32,000 nucleotides of DNA from Halalkalibacterium halodurans. Lineage in GTDB: Bacteria; Bacillota; Bacilli; Bacillales; Bacillaceae_D. Below, piece after piece: positions 8,617-20,784 of this stretch. Both the position numbers and the translations under genes were made by a program. The notes beneath the pieces are model-generated. The model was not told where the DNA came from. It was given only the letters and a program-made list of their open reading frames with translations, and did not search any database. Every line of letters starts with the position of its first letter. The first letter of the stretch is position 1. The stretch lies in contig NZ_SNUY01000006.1 of NCBI RefSeq assembly GCF_004376175.1, forward strand, positions 30,001 to 62,000. The letters are read 5' to 3'.

Positions 8617-10805
8617 GTTCGCTCAATCTCTTCCATGACGTACGCTTCAATGATGTCGCCTTCTTTAATGTCATTGAAATTTTCTAGCGTAATCCCGCAC
8701 TCATATCCTTGTGCGACTTCCTTCACGTCATCCTTAAAGCGTTTTAGAGCGTTGATACTTCCTTCGTAAATGACGACACCGTCACGGATTAAACGAACGG
8801 TTGCATCGCGAACGATTTTTCCTTCTGTGACATAGGAACCAGCAATCGTTCCGATACGAGATACTTTGAATGTTGTCCGTACTTCCACTTGCCCGATAAT
8901 TTTCTCTTCATACTCTGGATCGAGCATCCCTTTCATCGCTGCTTCGATTTCCTCAATTGCATTGTAGATGACGCGATGAAGACGGATGTCAACTTTTTCT
9001 TGTTCGGCTGTCCGCTTCGCTCCTCCATCTGGACGAACGTTAAATCCGATGACAATGGCATTGGACGCCGCAGCTAAAATAATATCGGACTCAGTGATCG
9101 CCCCAACTCCTGTATGAATGATGTTAATTTTAACACCTTCAACATCTATTTTTTCAAGCGAGCCGCGCATCGCTTCAACCGATCCTTGTACGTCTGCTTT
9201 AATAATGACATTGATCTCTTTAACTTCCCCTTGTTGGATTTGATTAAACAAATCATCAAGGCTCACTTTTGATGTTTCGGCCCGCTCTTCTTCTTTTTGA
9301 CGTGTCGCGCGAGCTTCCCCGATTGAACGAGCTTTCTTCTCATCAGCAAATGCTTGGAATTGATCGCCTGCTTGCGGTACATCGTTCAAACCAGTAATTT
9401 CAACTGGCGTGGACGGTCCCACTGCTTTCACGCGACGACCTTCGTCATTGACCATCGCCCGCACGCGGCCAAATGTGCTTCCAACGACGATTGGATCGCC
9501 AACTTTTAACGTTCCGCTCTGAACGAGAAGGGTAGCAACTGGACCGCGTCCTTTATCGAGCTCCGCTTCAATGACCGTTCCGCGAGCTAACCGGTCTGGA
9601 TTTGCCTTCAGCTCCTCCACTTCAGCCACGAGAAGCACCATTTCAAGTAACTCGTCAATGCCTGTGCCCGTTAAAGCCGAGACGTTCACAAAGATTGTTT
9701 CGCCTCCCCATGCTTCTGGTACGAGCTCATATTCTGTTAACTCTTGCATGACACGATCTGGATTTGCTGTTTCCTTATCCATTTTGTTAACCGCAACAAT
9801 AATTGGAACACCTGCCGCTTTCGCATGGCTGATCGCCTCTTTTGTTTGCGGCATCACACCGTCATCGGCAGCAACGACTAGGATCGTAATATCCGTCACT
9901 TGTGCACCACGTGCTCGCATTGTTGTAAATGCCGCGTGACCTGGTGTGTCGAGGAACGTGATTTTCTTTCCTTCGACGGTCACTTGATAAGCACCGATAT
10001 GTTGCGTAATTCCGCCCGCTTCCCCTTCGGTTACTTTCGTGTTTCTGATCGAATCAAGGAGCGTTGTTTTCCCATGGTCGACGTGACCCATAATCGTTAC
10101 GACAGGTGGACGCTCTTTCAATAGGGACGGATCATCTTCAACGACATAGCTTTCAATGTCCGTTTCATCAATGATCACTTCTTCTTCTACTTCTACTCCG
10201 TAGTCTTCGCAAATTAACTCGATTGAATCTTTATCAAGCTCTTGGTTAATTGTGGCCATCACGCCGAGAAACATTAATTTTTTAATAAGCTCAGACGGCT
10301 CTTTGTTTAACTTTTCCGCAAGCTCTCCGACCGTTAGTGATCCGGAAAATGTCACTTTCTCCGGTAATGGCTTCGCTTTGTTCATCTCCGGCTGACGCCC
10401 TCTTCCCCGTTGATTTCGCTTATTGTTGTTGTTTTTTTGATGTTGTTTTTTATTTTTGTTGCCCTTGTGTTTCGGCTTTTGTCCCCCATCTTGCGCCTTT
10501 CCTTTTTGTTGGTCGCTACCTTGGGAGGGGTCATGTTGATTATTAGCTTTAGCAGGGGCTGGATTCGGCTTACGTTGTCCATGGTCTTGAGCAGGTTTTT
10601 TCTCTCCGGCCTTTTTCTGCTGCTCAGACTTCCCGCTTCCACCTTGCTTTTGGTTCCCGTTCCCTTCAAGGAGTGTGATCGTCTTTTCATCGATCACGGA
10701 CATATGGTTGGAAACGTGGACATTAAGACCTTTTAACTTTTCGATTACTTCCTTACTTGATAGGTTTTTTTCTTTGGCGTACTCATATATTCGCATCTTC
10801 CTCAT
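8613..10805 (-). CDS. infB: Translation initiation factor IF-2, 730 aa
   Basis: [13 protein letters not shown]-terminus. A low-complexity K/Q/N/G-rich linker follows. The GTPase motifs are present ([21 protein letters not shown]), along with the conserved C-terminal domains. GGAGG lies 7 nt upstream of the ATG. Confidence 0.97.
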   Translation of the reverse strand: MRKMRIYEYAKEKNLSSKEVIEKLKGLNVHVSNHMSVIDEKTITLLEGNGNQKQGGSGKSEQQKKAGEKKPAQDHGQRKPNPAPAKANNQHDPSQGSDQQKGKAQDGGQKPKHKGNKNKKQHQKNNNNKRNQRGRGRQPEMNKAKPLPEKVTFSGSLTVGELAEKLNKEPSELIKKLMFLGVMATINQELDKDSIELICEDYGVEVEEEVIIDETDIESYVVEDDPSLLKERPPVVTIMGHVDHGKTTLLDSIRNTKVTEGEAGGITQHIGAYQVTVEGKKITFLDTPGHAAFTTMRARGAQVTDITILVVAADDGVMPQTKEAISHAKAAGVPIIVAVNKMDKETANPDRVMQELTEYELVPEAWGGETIFVNVSALTGTGIDELLEMVLLVAEVEELKANPDRLARGTVIEAELDKGRGPVATLLVQSGTLKVGDPIVVGSTFGRVRAMVNDEGRRVKAVGPSTPVEITGLNDVPQAGDQFQAFADEKKARSIGEARATRQKEEERAETSKVSLDDLFNQIQQGEVKEINVIIKADVQGSVEAMRGSLEKIDVEGVKINIIHTGVGAITESDIILAAASNAIVIGFNVRPDGGAKRTAEQEKVDIRLHRVIYNAIEEIEAAMKGMLDPEYEEKIIGQVEVRTTFKVSRIGTIAGSYVTEGKIVRDATVRLIRDGVVIYEGSINALKRFKDDVKEVAQGYECGITLENFNDIKEGDIIEAYVMEEIERT

Positions 10806-10820
10806 ATGTCTACCTCCACC

Positions 10821-11126
10821 TCATTCGTCGATTAATGCGGCTAACTTTCGAGAAAATCCTGCGTCTTTCACTCCGATCACAACGCGCTCATGCTTGCCGA
10901 TTGCTCGCCCAAGCATCTGTCTGTTGCCGACAACCTTTACAGGAATTTGATAACTGCCACATTTATCTAAAAGTTTTTTCTTTGTATGAATCCCAGCATC
11001 AGATGAAAGGATGACGAGGGTTACTTGGCCGTTTTGGACGGCTTTCACCACTTGTTCTTCCCCTGTGAGCAATTGGCGGGCGCGAGCGGCCAATCCTAAT
11101 AGCGATAGCCACTTTGCCTCACTCAT
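10821..11126 (-). CDS. ylxQ: L7Ae/L30e-family RNA (K-turn)-binding protein YlxQ, 101 aa
   Basis: LLGLAARARQLLTGEEQVVKAVQNGQVTLVILSSDAG... is typical of YlxQ. The ATG overlaps the ylxR stop as ATGA (11123-11126). The position between ylxR and infB is conserved. Confidence 0.87.
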   Translation of the reverse strand: MSEAKWLSLLGLAARARQLLTGEEQVVKAVQNGQVTLVILSSDAGIHTKKKLLDKCGSYQIPVKVVGNRQMLGRAIGKHERVVIGVKDAGFSRKLAALIDE

Positions 11127-11398
11127 TTGGAGCTCCCTCGCTGTCTCGCTTCCTCTAGCTGGTCGTACACATCATCCGACACTTTGACGTTTAAATGTTT
11201 AGACAAAATGTCTTTTTTCTTTGCCAATTCAAAGCACTCTTTATTGTTGCTAATATAGGCACCTCGTCCGTTTTGCTTTCCAGTCGGATCAATGAAAACG
11301 TTCCCTTCTGGTGAGCGTACGACGCGGATTAATTCTTGCTTTGGTTTCATTTCATTTGTGACAACGCACTTTCGGAGAGGGATTTTACGTTGTTTCAT
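11123..11398 (-). CDS. ylxR: YlxR/RnpM (DUF448) protein, 91 aa
   Basis: MKQRKIPLRKCVVTNEMKPKQELIRVVRSPEGNVFIDPTGKQNGRGAYIS is a YlxR signature. I trimmed the start to the ATG at 11396-11398, which has AGGGGA 8 nt upstream. The ORF-track start (11407) would sit directly on the SD. Confidence 0.87.
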   Translation of the reverse strand: MKQRKIPLRKCVVTNEMKPKQELIRVVRSPEGNVFIDPTGKQNGRGAYISNNKECFELAKKKDILSKHLNVKVSDDVYDQLEEARQRGSSK

Positions 11399-11412
11399 TA
11401 GCATCATCCCCT

Positions 11413-12561
11413 TTACTCTTCCTCGTGGTTTTTGCTCGTTTCCACCGTCGCTTCTGGCTGATCAGCCGTTTCCTGATCCAATACTAGAGTCTCATGGCTA
11501 GCTGCTTCATCCTCAAGTAAGCCTAGCTCCTGAGCCTCGCTCTCACTTTTAATGTCAATTTTCCATCCTGTCAGCTTTGCTGCAAGACGAGCGTTTTGTC
11601 CACGCTTACCAATCGCTAGTGACAGTTGATAATCTGGAACGATGACCTGTGTCGTTTTTTCTTCTTCGTTCACATTAACTTTGACTACCTTTGAAGGGCT
11701 GAGCGCATTCGCTACATATTCAACAGGGTCTTCAGACCAGCGAACGATGTCGATCTTTTCGCCTTTTAATTCATTGACGATTGTTTGCACCCGCGACCCT
11801 TTCGGACCCACACACGCCCCGACTGGATCCACCTCGGGATTTTCCGCATGGACGGAAATTTTTGAACGATCTCCCGCTTCACGGGCAACCGATTTTAGCT
11901 CAACTGTTCCGTCATAAATTTCCGGTACTTCGAGTTCAAACAGCCGTTTTAATAAACCAGGATGAGTACGAGAAATCATAATTTGCGGACCTTTTGTCGT
12001 CTTTTCTACTTTTGTAATGTACGCTTTGATTCGGTCGTTGTGACGGTACGATTCGTTTGGCATTTGTTCGCTAAGTGGCAACAGCGCCTCTACCTTTCCT
12101 AAATCAACATAGATAAACCGATTGTCTTGGCGCTGGACGATCCCCGTCATAATATCCTCTTCGCGGTCAATGAAATCGGCATAAATAATGCCACGTTCTG
12201 CTTCCCTCACTCGTTGTGTAACAACCTGTTTGGCCGTTTGCGCGGCAATCCGTCCAAAGTCTTTTGGTGTTACTTCGATTTCCACCACATCATCCACTTC
12301 ATAGTTAGGATTAATCCCTTTGGCTTCATCAAGAGAAATTTCCAGTCTTGCATCAAATACTTCCTCAACAACTTCCTTTCTAGCAAACACGCGAATGCTA
12401 CCATTTTCACGATTCACATCCACACGTACATTTTGCGCCTGATTAAAATTGCGCTTATAGCCAGAAATAAGTGCCGCTTCAATGGCCTCAATGATTACTT
12501 CTTTGCTAATTCCCTTTTCCTTTTCAAGCGTTGTCAGTGCGTCCATAAACTCACTATTCAT
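11413..12561 (-). CDS. nusA: Transcription termination/antitermination factor NusA, 382 aa
   Basis: [31 protein letters not shown]..., followed by S1 and two KH domains ([39 protein letters not shown]) and an acidic C-terminal tail. Confidence 0.97.
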   Translation of the reverse strand: MNSEFMDALTTLEKEKGISKEVIIEAIEAALISGYKRNFNQAQNVRVDVNRENGSIRVFARKEVVEEVFDARLEISLDEAKGINPNYEVDDVVEIEVTPKDFGRIAAQTAKQVVTQRVREAERGIIYADFIDREEDIMTGIVQRQDNRFIYVDLGKVEALLPLSEQMPNESYRHNDRIKAYITKVEKTTKGPQIMISRTHPGLLKRLFELEVPEIYDGTVELKSVAREAGDRSKISVHAENPEVDPVGACVGPKGSRVQTIVNELKGEKIDIVRWSEDPVEYVANALSPSKVVKVNVNEEEKTTQVIVPDYQLSLAIGKRGQNARLAAKLTGWKIDIKSESEAQELGLLEDEAASHETLVLDQETADQPEATVETSKNHEEE

Positions 12562-12584
12562 GACGCCAGCTTCCCCCTTTCAAA

Positions 12585-13055
12585 TTAAAAGACAACTGCG
12601 AGCCTCGCGCTTGCGACTTTCGCATACGGAATGGTGACTGTCTTCTTCCTCGTTTTAATTTTTATCTCGATCGTTAAGGTTTCACCGTCAAACTCGGTTA
12701 GTTCTCCCTCAAGCGCTTTTTCTCCATCAATTGGCTCATATAGCGTCACATGAACGTTTTTGCCGATCGAACGCAACAAATCCTTTTCCCTTTTTAACGG
12801 GCGCTCTGCTCCAGGGGATGAGACTTCAAGAAAATAAGCCTGCTCAATAGGATCTGTTTCATCGAGCTTTTCACTTAATCGCTCGCTTACCTTCCCACAG
12901 TCTTCTAAATCGACGCCTGTTTCAGAGTCGATGAACACACGCAAGAACCAGTCTTTTCCTTCTTTCTTAAATTCAACATCGTACAGTTCTAGATCAAGCT
13001 GCTCCAATATGGGCTTGACGAGCTCTGCCGTAATGTCTACTACTTTTTTACCCAT
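12585..13055 (-). CDS. rimP: Ribosome maturation factor RimP (YlxS), 156 aa
   Basis: [33 protein letters not shown]...[13 protein letters not shown] is typical RimP. GAAGGAGGG lies 6 nt upstream of the ATG. Confidence 0.94.
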   Translation of the reverse strand: MGKKVVDITAELVKPILEQLDLELYDVEFKKEGKDWFLRVFIDSETGVDLEDCGKVSERLSEKLDETDPIEQAYFLEVSSPGAERPLKREKDLLRSIGKNVHVTLYEPIDGEKALEGELTEFDGETLTIEIKIKTRKKTVTIPYAKVASARLAVVF

Positions 13056-13204
13056 CTATACCCTCCTTCACTTATTGTTTCCGTCGTTTCGTTTTCCTTC
13101 AAAAAAACCGCTCGTACGATTGTTAAATTTGGCTTGGTAAAACATACGTTTACACCTTCGTGTGCTCCCCTATCTTCCAGAGGTTTTCCCTTTGTGATAG
13201 AGGA

Positions 13205-13236
13205 ACAAACGAAAGAGTGGGTTTCCCCACTCTTTG
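13205..13236 (-). terminator. Intrinsic terminator after polC
   Basis: Minus strand: AAAGAGTGGG-GAAA-CCCACTCTTT (perfect 10-bp stem, 13212-13221 / 13226-13235) followed by CGTTTGTT. Confidence 0.72.
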
Positions 13237-13316
13237 CTCCGAAACTATTCTAAGTATTACCATAAAAACAATATCATACTCTTTCGCTCTTTGCAACTAG
13301 GCTAGAGGATGATCTA

Positions 13317-16300
13317 CTAAAACAGCGATAGTTGATTCGATTCAGGTAATCCTTCCAGGCACCCGTGAGCATCGAGATTTTCTAATACTGTCTTTGTTAT
13401 TTTGCTTCGTTGCTGCAAATCTTCCTTCGAAAGGAACTCCCGCTCATCTCTTGCTTTAACGATGTTAATCGCAGCATTTGTTCCAACACCTGTCAGCGCG
13501 TTGAACGGTGGGATAAGCGTATTGCCCTCCACAAGAAACTCAGTCGCTTCTGAGCGATATAGGTCAACTTTTTGGAAGGAGAAGCCACGCTCGACCATTT
13601 CTAACGCAAGTTCAAGGACAGTCAGCAAGCTTTTCTCTTTCGGAGATGCATCGAGTCCTTTACCGTTAATCTCCTCGATTTTCGCCCGAATGGCTGCCGA
13701 GCCTTTTACCATCGTATCGAGGTCAAAATCGTCTGCTCGAACCGTAAAATAAGAGGCGTAATAAAGGATCGGATAATGGACTTTAAAGTAAGCGATCCGA
13801 ACCGCCATTAAAACGTAAGCAGCGGCGTGAGCTTTCGGGAACATGTATTTGATTTTTAAGCAGGAGCCGATGTACCAATCAGGCACATCATGCTTTTTCA
13901 TTTCTTCAATCCATTCTGGCTGAAGGCCTTTCCCTTTACGGACAAACTCCATAATTTTAAAGGCAAGTGATGGTTCAAGTCCTTTATAGATCAAGTAAAC
14001 CATAATATCGTCCCGGCAGCCGATCACATCTTTTAACTCACACGTTCCGTTATAAATGAGCTCGTTCGCATTGTTAAGCCATACGTCTGTTCCGTGAGAT
14101 AGGCCTGAAATTTGTACGAGTTCTGAAAACGTACTCGGCTTTGTTTCCTCTAACATCTGCCGCACGAACCTTGTTCCAAACTCAGGAATCCCAAGCGTTC
14201 CTGTCTTACACAGAATTTGTTGCTCAGTAACACCTAACACGTCTGGACCACTGAAGATTTTCATCACTTCTGGGTCATCCGTCGGGATTGTTTTTGGATC
14301 AATCCCACTCAAATCTTGGAGCATTCGGATGACCGTTGGATCATCGTGTCCTAGAATATCGAGCTTTAGCAAGTTGTCATGGATGGAATGGAAGTCGAAA
14401 TGAGTCGTTTTCCATTCGGCTCCGCGGTCATCTGCCGGGAATTGAATCGGGCAAAAGTCGTGAATGTCCATATAATCTGGAACAACAATAATTCCGCCCG
14501 GATGCTGACCGGTCGTCCTTTTTACCCCCGTACAGCCCGTCACAAGTCGGTCGATCTCTGCCCCGCGGAAGTGGAGGTCGTGATCACTTTGGTAGCCTTT
14601 AACATATCCGTAAGCTGTTTTTTCCGCAACTGTACCGATAGTTCCTGCACGGTAGACGTACGATTCACCGAACAGCTCTTTCGTATAGTTATGGGCTCTA
14701 GGCTGATACTCCCCCGAGAAGTTCAAATCTATATCAGGAACCTTGTCCCCTTTAAAGCCGAGGAACGTTTCGAACGGAATGTCTTGTCCGTCTTTTACAT
14801 AAGGTGTTCCGCATTTTGGACAATTTTCATCTGGCAAGTCGTAGCCAGAACCGACCGACCCATCATTAAAGAAATGAGAATGATGACAGTTAGGGCATAC
14901 GTAATGAGGCGGCAACGGGTTCACTTCAGTAATCTCAGTCATCGTCGCCACAAACGATGAACCGACCGAGCCACGAGAACCGACTAGGTAGCCGTCATCG
15001 AGTGACTTCTTTACAAGTTTATGCGAGATTAAGTAAATAACCGCAAACCCGTGTCCGATGATGCTCTTAAGCTCTTTTTCTAGCCGGGCTTCCACAATTT
15101 CAGGTAGAGGATCACCGTAAATCTTCCGGGCTCTATTGTAGCTCATTTGCCGAATTTCCTCATCGGCCCCTTCAATTTTCGGAGTGTACAATTTATCTGG
15201 AATCGGATGAATCTCTTCGATCTGATCTGCAATGTGATTCGTGTTCGTGACTACGATCTCTTTCGCCTTCTCTTCCCCTAAAAAGGCGAACGCCTCTAGC
15301 ATTTCCGATGTTGTTCGAAAATGAACTTGCGGGAGTGTTTGCTTATTTAAAGGATTGGCCCCGCCCTGTGAAGCAATTAATATTTTTCGATAAATGTAAT
15401 CTTCTTCCTTAAGGTAGTGGGCATTTCCTGTCGCAACAACTGGCTTGCCAAGCTGCTCTCCAAGCTTGACGATATTCGCTACGATTTCTTGCAACGCTTC
15501 GCGGCTTTTCACAAGCTCTTTTTCGATCAAATGTTCATAGTTTGCTAGCGGCTGGACTTCGATATAATCATAGAATTTGGCGATTTCTTCTACTTCTTGC
15601 GGAGTTTTTTGCATCATACCCTCGAACACTTCACCTTTGTCGCAACCAGAGCCAACGAGGATCCCTTCCCGATGCTTTTGCAACTGAGAACGAGGGATGC
15701 GCGGTGTACGATAAAAGTATTCGACATGGGCCATGGACACGAGCTTATATAAGTTTTTTAACCCTTCTTGCGTTTGTGCAAGCAAAATGCAATGGGACGG
15801 CCGTTGGCGGTGGAAATTTCCTTCCCCCATGTTGTCGTTTAATTGGTCATGATACAAAATGTCTCGCTCCGTCGCGTCTTTAACCATTCTCCAAAGCAAA
15901 TGTCCTGTTGCTTCCGCATCATAAATCGCCCGGTGATGGCTTACGAGCTCGATGTCAAACTTTTTGCAAAGCGTATTTAGGCGGTGGTTTTTCAGTGTTG
16001 GGTAAAGAAAGCGTCCTAACTCTAATGTGTCTATGACCGGATTTTTTGCTTCACCGAGCCCCATTTTTTGAAATCCTGTATTGAGGAACCCCATATCAAA
16101 GCTGGCGTTGTGGGCGACGAGGACGGCATCGCCGATAAACGCATGAAATTCATTGAGCACTTGCTCCACTTCCGGTTGGCCTTTCAGCATATCATCCGTG
16201 ATTCCTGTTAGCTCAATAATCGTATTGGTGAGCGGTTCATGAGGGTCGGCAAATCGCTCGAACCGATCAATGATTTCACCGTTTTTCACTTTAACTGCCG

Positions 16301-17618
16301 CAAGCTCAATAATTTTGTTGTAAACGGCAGAAAGACCAGTCGTCTCCACGTCGAAAACGACAAATTCGCTATCGAGAAGCGGTATGTGGGCTTCATTATA
16401 GGCAATCGGTACACCGTCATCGACCAAGTTTGCTTCAACCCCATAAATGACTTTGATCCCGTGCTTCTGACTAGCACCGTACGCCTCAGGAAACGCCTGA
16501 ACAACGCCATGGTCAGTAATGGCAATCGCCTTGTGGCCCCATTTGCTCGCTTGCGTTACATACGCACCCGCAGACGAAATACCATCCATTTGACTCATTG
16601 CCGTATGCAAATGGAGCTCAACCCGCTTTTCATCGTCTGGTGCTTCATCTTTCGTCTCTTTTCCACTTACTTCATTGACGTCGTTCGCAATCATCACAAG
16701 ATCGCGAACGAACGTATCGTTTTGAACCCCGCCACGAACTTTTACCCACATTCCTTTTTTCACAGCTTGTAATAACGGAATGTCTTCTTTATCACGAGAG
16801 AACATTTTCACCAAGATCGAATCGGTGTAATCTGTAATCTTAAAGGTTAATAGCGTCCGCCCGCTGCGAAGCTCCTTTGTCTCGGCTGCAAATATGTAAC
16901 CTTGAACGGTAATACGGCGTTCTTCCTCCACGATCGTCTCGAGGGGAACGGGTTCATCCTTGATCGGATAACCAATCGTCAGCTTCTCTTCCTTCATCTT
17001 CTTTTCCACTTGCTGTTCAAGCTTTTTCTTTTCTAGTATCGCTTCAACCACTTTCGAATGATCTTCTTGCTTTCGCTGTTCGACAAATTTTTCAAACGCC
17101 TGCTTCGATTCCTTGACTTCCGCATCTAATTGCACAGCCGGGAAGCCAAACGATTGCACCGCTTGCTGCAACGGTTCCGTCAACTTCCGCTTTAACGCGA
17201 TTGCTTCTGTTTCATTTCCGACTTGAATGACAAGTCTTTTGCCGTCAAAGCGCGGTGTTTGCTTCTCAAGCATTTCTTTAAGTGGTTGCGAGATATTCGT
17301 TAGTTTAGCAACGATCAATGGCCAATAGGATTGCCACACTTGTTCTGAGAGATCCGGTTGTCCATATTGGATCTGAAAGCTCACCTTGGCAATGTGAGAG
17401 AACGTCTGAACCAAGCGATCGGCAAGTAGCTCATAGATGGAAGCGGGTAACACCGTCGGTATAGACAACTGAAAGTGCCATCGGCGCTCATCTTTTTTGA
17501 TCGTGAGCTTTTCGATTTTTCCATCCTTCAAATGGTTAGCTGTTACGTCTTCCGGGATGAGTAGCTGCTCCATTAACAATTTGAAGCGCTCCTGGCGCAC
17601 GCGTTGTTCTTCGTTCAT
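13317..17618 (-). CDS. polC: DNA polymerase III alpha subunit, PolC type (Gram-positive replicase with intrinsic 3'-5' exonuclease), 1433 aa
   Basis: Full-length PolC architecture is present: a PHP region split by the DnaQ-like exonuclease ([31 protein letters not shown]), a Zn-finger-like CPNC...CPKC, and the polymerase core. I trimmed the start to the ATG at 17616-17618, which has GGAGG 7 nt upstream. The ORF-track start is a TTG 9 codons further up with no SD. Confidence 0.97.
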   Translation of the reverse strand: MNEEQRVRQERFKLLMEQLLIPEDVTANHLKDGKIEKLTIKKDERRWHFQLSIPTVLPASIYELLADRLVQTFSHIAKVSFQIQYGQPDLSEQVWQSYWPLIVAKLTNISQPLKEMLEKQTPRFDGKRLVIQVGNETEAIALKRKLTEPLQQAVQSFGFPAVQLDAEVKESKQAFEKFVEQRKQEDHSKVVEAILEKKKLEQQVEKKMKEEKLTIGYPIKDEPVPLETIVEEERRITVQGYIFAAETKELRSGRTLLTFKITDYTDSILVKMFSRDKEDIPLLQAVKKGMWVKVRGGVQNDTFVRDLVMIANDVNEVSGKETKDEAPDDEKRVELHLHTAMSQMDGISSAGAYVTQASKWGHKAIAITDHGVVQAFPEAYGASQKHGIKVIYGVEANLVDDGVPIAYNEAHIPLLDSEFVVFDVETTGLSAVYNKIIELAAVKVKNGEIIDRFERFADPHEPLTNTIIELTGITDDMLKGQPEVEQVLNEFHAFIGDAVLVAHNASFDMGFLNTGFQKMGLGEAKNPVIDTLELGRFLYPTLKNHRLNTLCKKFDIELVSHHRAIYDAEATGHLLWRMVKDATERDILYHDQLNDNMGEGNFHRQRPSHCILLAQTQEGLKNLYKLVSMAHVEYFYRTPRIPRSQLQKHREGILVGSGCDKGEVFEGMMQKTPQEVEEIAKFYDYIEVQPLANYEHLIEKELVKSREALQEIVANIVKLGEQLGKPVVATGNAHYLKEEDYIYRKILIASQGGANPLNKQTLPQVHFRTTSEMLEAFAFLGEEKAKEIVVTNTNHIADQIEEIHPIPDKLYTPKIEGADEEIRQMSYNRARKIYGDPLPEIVEARLEKELKSIIGHGFAVIYLISHKLVKKSLDDGYLVGSRGSVGSSFVATMTEITEVNPLPPHYVCPNCHHSHFFNDGSVGSGYDLPDENCPKCGTPYVKDGQDIPFETFLGFKGDKVPDIDLNFSGEYQPRAHNYTKELFGESYVYRAGTIGTVAEKTAYGYVKGYQSDHDLHFRGAEIDRLVTGCTGVKRTTGQHPGGIIVVPDYMDIHDFCPIQFPADDRGAEWKTTHFDFHSIHDNLLKLDILGHDDPTVIRMLQDLSGIDPKTIPTDDPEVMKIFSGPDVLGVTEQQILCKTGTLGIPEFGTRFVRQMLEETKPSTFSELVQISGLSHGTDVWLNNANELIYNGTCELKDVIGCRDDIMVYLIYKGLEPSLAFKIMEFVRKGKGLQPEWIEEMKKHDVPDWYIGSCLKIKYMFPKAHAAAYVLMAVRIAYFKVHYPILYYASYFTVRADDFDLDTMVKGSAAIRAKIEEINGKGLDASPKEKSLLTVLELALEMVERGFSFQKVDLYRSEATEFLVEGNTLIPPFNALTGVGTNAAINIVKARDEREFLSKEDLQQRSKITKTVLENLDAHGCLEGLPESNQLSLF

Positions 17619-17704
17619 CCTTCTCCCTCCTTTACAAAAAAGCAAAAGTGTTCGTTAATAGCTAGATTATCTCTGTTTATTCTTCGCTTCCTTACAAGAA
17701 GCAG

Positions 17705-17738
17705 GCAAAAATGAAGGTACCTCCAGATGAGAGGTACC
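17705..17738 (-). terminator. Probable intrinsic terminator after proS
   Basis: Minus strand: GGTACCTC-(7-nt loop)-GAGGTACC (perfect 8-bp stem, 17716-17723 / 17731-17738) followed by TTCATTTTTG. It starts 16 nt after the proS stop. Confidence 0.6.
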
Positions 17739-17753
17739 ATTCTCACGCTTCCC

Positions 17754-19463
17754 TTACTCTGCTAGCTGCTGCAACTTCGCTTGAATTGTCGGTACCAGCT
17801 CATCTGCATGGACCTCAATCACTTCACCTGTTTTGCGGACTTTCACTTCCACATAGCCTTCATCTGCCCGTTTTCCGACGGCGACACGGAGCGGTAAGCC
17901 AATTAAATCAGCGTCTTTAAACTTCACTCCGGCACGCTCTGGTCGATCATCCAACAAAACATCCAGACCCGCTTGTTGCAAAGAATGATAGACCGAGTCT
18001 GCTAGTTTCATCTGCTCTTCCTTCTTCACATTTAACGCAAGCACATGAACGTCAAATGGGGCGACTGACGTCGGCCAGACGATCCCATCCTCGTCATGAT
18101 GCTGTTCAATGACAGCTGCCACCATCCGAGACACACCAATGCCATAACAGCCCATAAGCATTGGCTGGGACTTCCCGTTTTCATCTAAAAACGTGGCTCC
18201 AAGCTTTTCGGAATAAACGGTACCGAGCTTAAACACTTGACCGACTTCAATCCCCTGAGCAAAGCGGATCGTTCCTTTTCCATCTGGAGATGGGTCCCCT
18301 TCTTGAATAAAGCGAAGATCTGCGTATGTGTCGACGGTAAAGTCACGCCCCTCATTGACATGAACAAAGTGCTTGTTGCTTTCATTTGCTCCGCACACAC
18401 CGTTTACAATGGATTTAATACCGTGATCAGCAATGACTTTCATCCCTTTTACATCGATAGGACCAATTGTCCCCACCTCGGTACCAATCACCTCTAATAC
18501 TTCTTCCTCTGTTGCTAAGCGAATGTCTGAAGCGCCTAAAGCGTGCTTCAGCTTAATGTCATTCAGCTCGTGATCGCCGCGGAGTAAAATAAGGGCCCAT
18601 TCGTCATCGATCGATACGAGCAGTGACTTAATGATTTTTTCCTCTTGAACAGACAATCTCTCTGCCACTGCACGAATCGTTTTGGCATCTCCCGTATCAA
18701 CTAACTCCCGCTCAAGCAATGGCTCATCTGGGCGTGTGTAGTTTACCTTGACAGCTGCCATCTCAATATTCGCCGCATAATCCGATTGATCGGAGTAAGC
18801 GATCGTATCTTCGCCCACATCAGCAAGGGCCATAAATTCATGGGTATCCTTCCCACCAATGGCACCAGAATCAGCGATAACTGGGCGCACGTTAAGGCCT
18901 GCACGGCGAAAGATGCGACTGTAAGCATCATACATTACCTTGTACATCTCATCTAAGCTTTCACCACCCGTGTGAAACGAGTAAGCGTCTTTCATAATAA
19001 ATTCGCGTCCGCGAAGGAGTCCGAACCGAGGCCTTCGTTCATCACGGAACTTCGACTGAATTTGATAAACGTTGAGCGGTAATTTTTTATAGGAGTTGAT
19101 GCTATCACGAATGAGGGATGTAATGACCTCTTCGTGGGTCGGGCCGAGGGCAAACTGACGGTTATGCCGATCCGTTAGCCTCATGAGCTCGTCACCATAC
19201 TTTTCCCAGCGTCCAGATTCTTGCCAGAGCTCTGCAGGATGCAACGTTGGCATCGTAATCTCTTGCGCTCCAGTTTGATCGAGCTCTTCCCTTACAATTG
19301 ATTCGATTTTACGAATTACTCGACGTGCAAGTGGTAAGTACGTATAAATACCTGCGGCCACTTGACGGATCATCCCAGCTCGTAGCATCAGCTGATGGCT
19401 TACGACATCTGCGTCTGCTGGAACTTCTCTCATCGTTGGCACGAGGAAAAAAGATTGTTTCAT
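17754..19463 (-). CDS. proS: Prolyl-tRNA synthetase (bacterial type with INS editing domain), 569 aa
   Basis: [44 protein letters not shown], ...[25 protein letters not shown], ...GCYGIGVSR. The length matches bacterial ProS. Confidence 0.96.
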   Translation of the reverse strand: MKQSFFLVPTMREVPADADVVSHQLMLRAGMIRQVAAGIYTYLPLARRVIRKIESIVREELDQTGAQEITMPTLHPAELWQESGRWEKYGDELMRLTDRHNRQFALGPTHEEVITSLIRDSINSYKKLPLNVYQIQSKFRDERRPRFGLLRGREFIMKDAYSFHTGGESLDEMYKVMYDAYSRIFRRAGLNVRPVIADSGAIGGKDTHEFMALADVGEDTIAYSDQSDYAANIEMAAVKVNYTRPDEPLLERELVDTGDAKTIRAVAERLSVQEEKIIKSLLVSIDDEWALILLRGDHELNDIKLKHALGASDIRLATEEEVLEVIGTEVGTIGPIDVKGMKVIADHGIKSIVNGVCGANESNKHFVHVNEGRDFTVDTYADLRFIQEGDPSPDGKGTIRFAQGIEVGQVFKLGTVYSEKLGATFLDENGKSQPMLMGCYGIGVSRMVAAVIEQHHDEDGIVWPTSVAPFDVHVLALNVKKEEQMKLADSVYHSLQQAGLDVLLDDRPERAGVKFKDADLIGLPLRVAVGKRADEGYVEVKVRKTGEVIEVHADELVPTIQAKLQQLAE

Positions 19464-19506
19464 GAAACGTCCCTTCTTTCATATCTACTCATCATTTAAA
19501 TGCTTT

Positions 19507-20769
19507 TTATAAAAACAACCGGTTAATATCATTCCATGTGACGACAAGGACGAGGAGCATTAATAGCGCAAAACCGACGAAATGAACGAGCGACTCCTTG
19601 CTCGGATCGAGCGGTTTCCCGCGCACCGCCTCCAAACCTAAAAAGACGAGTCTCCCGCCATCAAGGGCAGGCAATGGTAGCAAGTTGACGATCCCCAAGT
19701 TAACACTCAGCGCTGCTGTCCATTGTAATAGGACAAATATACCCATTTCCGCTGCCTGGCCAGTATAATTGACAATCCCGACAGGACCTGCTACGTAATC
19801 TAAAGAAAATTGACCTGTGACGAGCAGTCGAAGCACGTCAAAAATCATCGTCATATACGTGTAGGTTTGCGTCGCTCCGAATTGAAGACCTGAAACGAGA
19901 GTGGCCGGTTCTGGTGCTGGGCGTTCGATCCCTACTAAGCCAATTGGCTCACCATCCATCCCTTCGACCTGATTGGGTGTGACCGGAATTTGCAAAATTT
20001 GTCCTGCCCGCTCCACTTCAAAAGTAATCTCTTCATTTGGGTGTTGTTGGATGATCATCGTCATATCAACCCATGTCTCAAGAGTCTGACCATCAATGCT
20101 TAGCACATAGTCGCCCTTCTGCAAGCCAGCAGTCTCAGCTGCACTATTTTCAGCGATATTTCCGACAACTGGGTCTTCTACAGGAATTCCTTGCATAAAG
20201 CCATAAGCGGCAAGCAGGACAAACGCTAAGACAAAGTTCATTAAAGGGCCTGCAAAAATCGCCAATGCTCGCTGTGCTACCGATTTTGAACCGAATTGCC
20301 GATCATAAGGGGCAATTTGTGTTGCCTCTTCATCTTGTACCATCTCCGCTTTTGGATCGACGTCCCATCGCTTCCGTTCACCGTCGTCGTCATAGGCCTC
20401 AATGAACAGTTCACGTTCTAAGTCAATGCGCTCTACTTGGACAACCTGTGCTTCTGGATGCTTTGATTTGTTGTTCACAATGATGCGAGACACTACGTTT
20501 TTTTCATTAAACACGAGCCCCACTTCATATCCAGGTTTAATGGTAATCAACTCTGGATCTTCGCCCGCCATACGCACGTATCCTCCAAGAGGAATTAAAC
20601 GAATCGTGTAAACTGTCTCATTTCTTTTCCATGAGAACAGTTTTGGTCCAAACCCGATCGCAAACTCGCGACACAAGATGCCTGCCCTTTTTGCAAAATA
20701 GAGATGCCCCCATTCATGAACAGAAACTAAGACCCCAAACATCACTAAAAAAGCAATTAGTGTTTGCAC
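19507..20769 (-). CDS. rseP: RIP site-2 metalloprotease RseP/RasP (YluC), 420 aa
   Basis: [13 protein letters not shown] (HExxH) lies in the first TM segment. A central PDZ region ([13 protein letters not shown]) and the C-terminal LPLPALDGG motif are present. GTG start with GGTGGGG 7 nt upstream. Confidence 0.93.
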
Positions 20770-20784
20770 AGTTATACCCCACCT

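Noticed and set aside
12127-12588. 153-aa plus-strand ORF antisense to nusA; similar antisense ORFs lie at 1888-2301, 7949-8350 and 3649-3972
   Set aside because: The reasoning is the same: they sit inside conserved minus-strand genes, with no SD and no recognisable domains.
14379-14960. 193-aa plus-strand ORF inside polC; a second one (177 aa) lies at 16239-16772
   Set aside because: These are antisense to a strongly conserved, intact polC frame. They lack an SD and recognisable motifs. Long antisense ORFs are expected opposite codon-biased genes.
17716-17738. Inverted repeat containing two GGTACC (KpnI) sites
   Set aside because: It is fully explained as the proS terminator stem and shows no sign of being a protein-binding or mobile-element end.
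19464-19506. Looked for a T-box or other leader upstream of proS
   Set aside because: Only 43 nt separate rseP and proS, which is far too short for a T-box (about 200+ nt). proS appears simply co-transcribed with uppS-cdsA-dxr-rseP.
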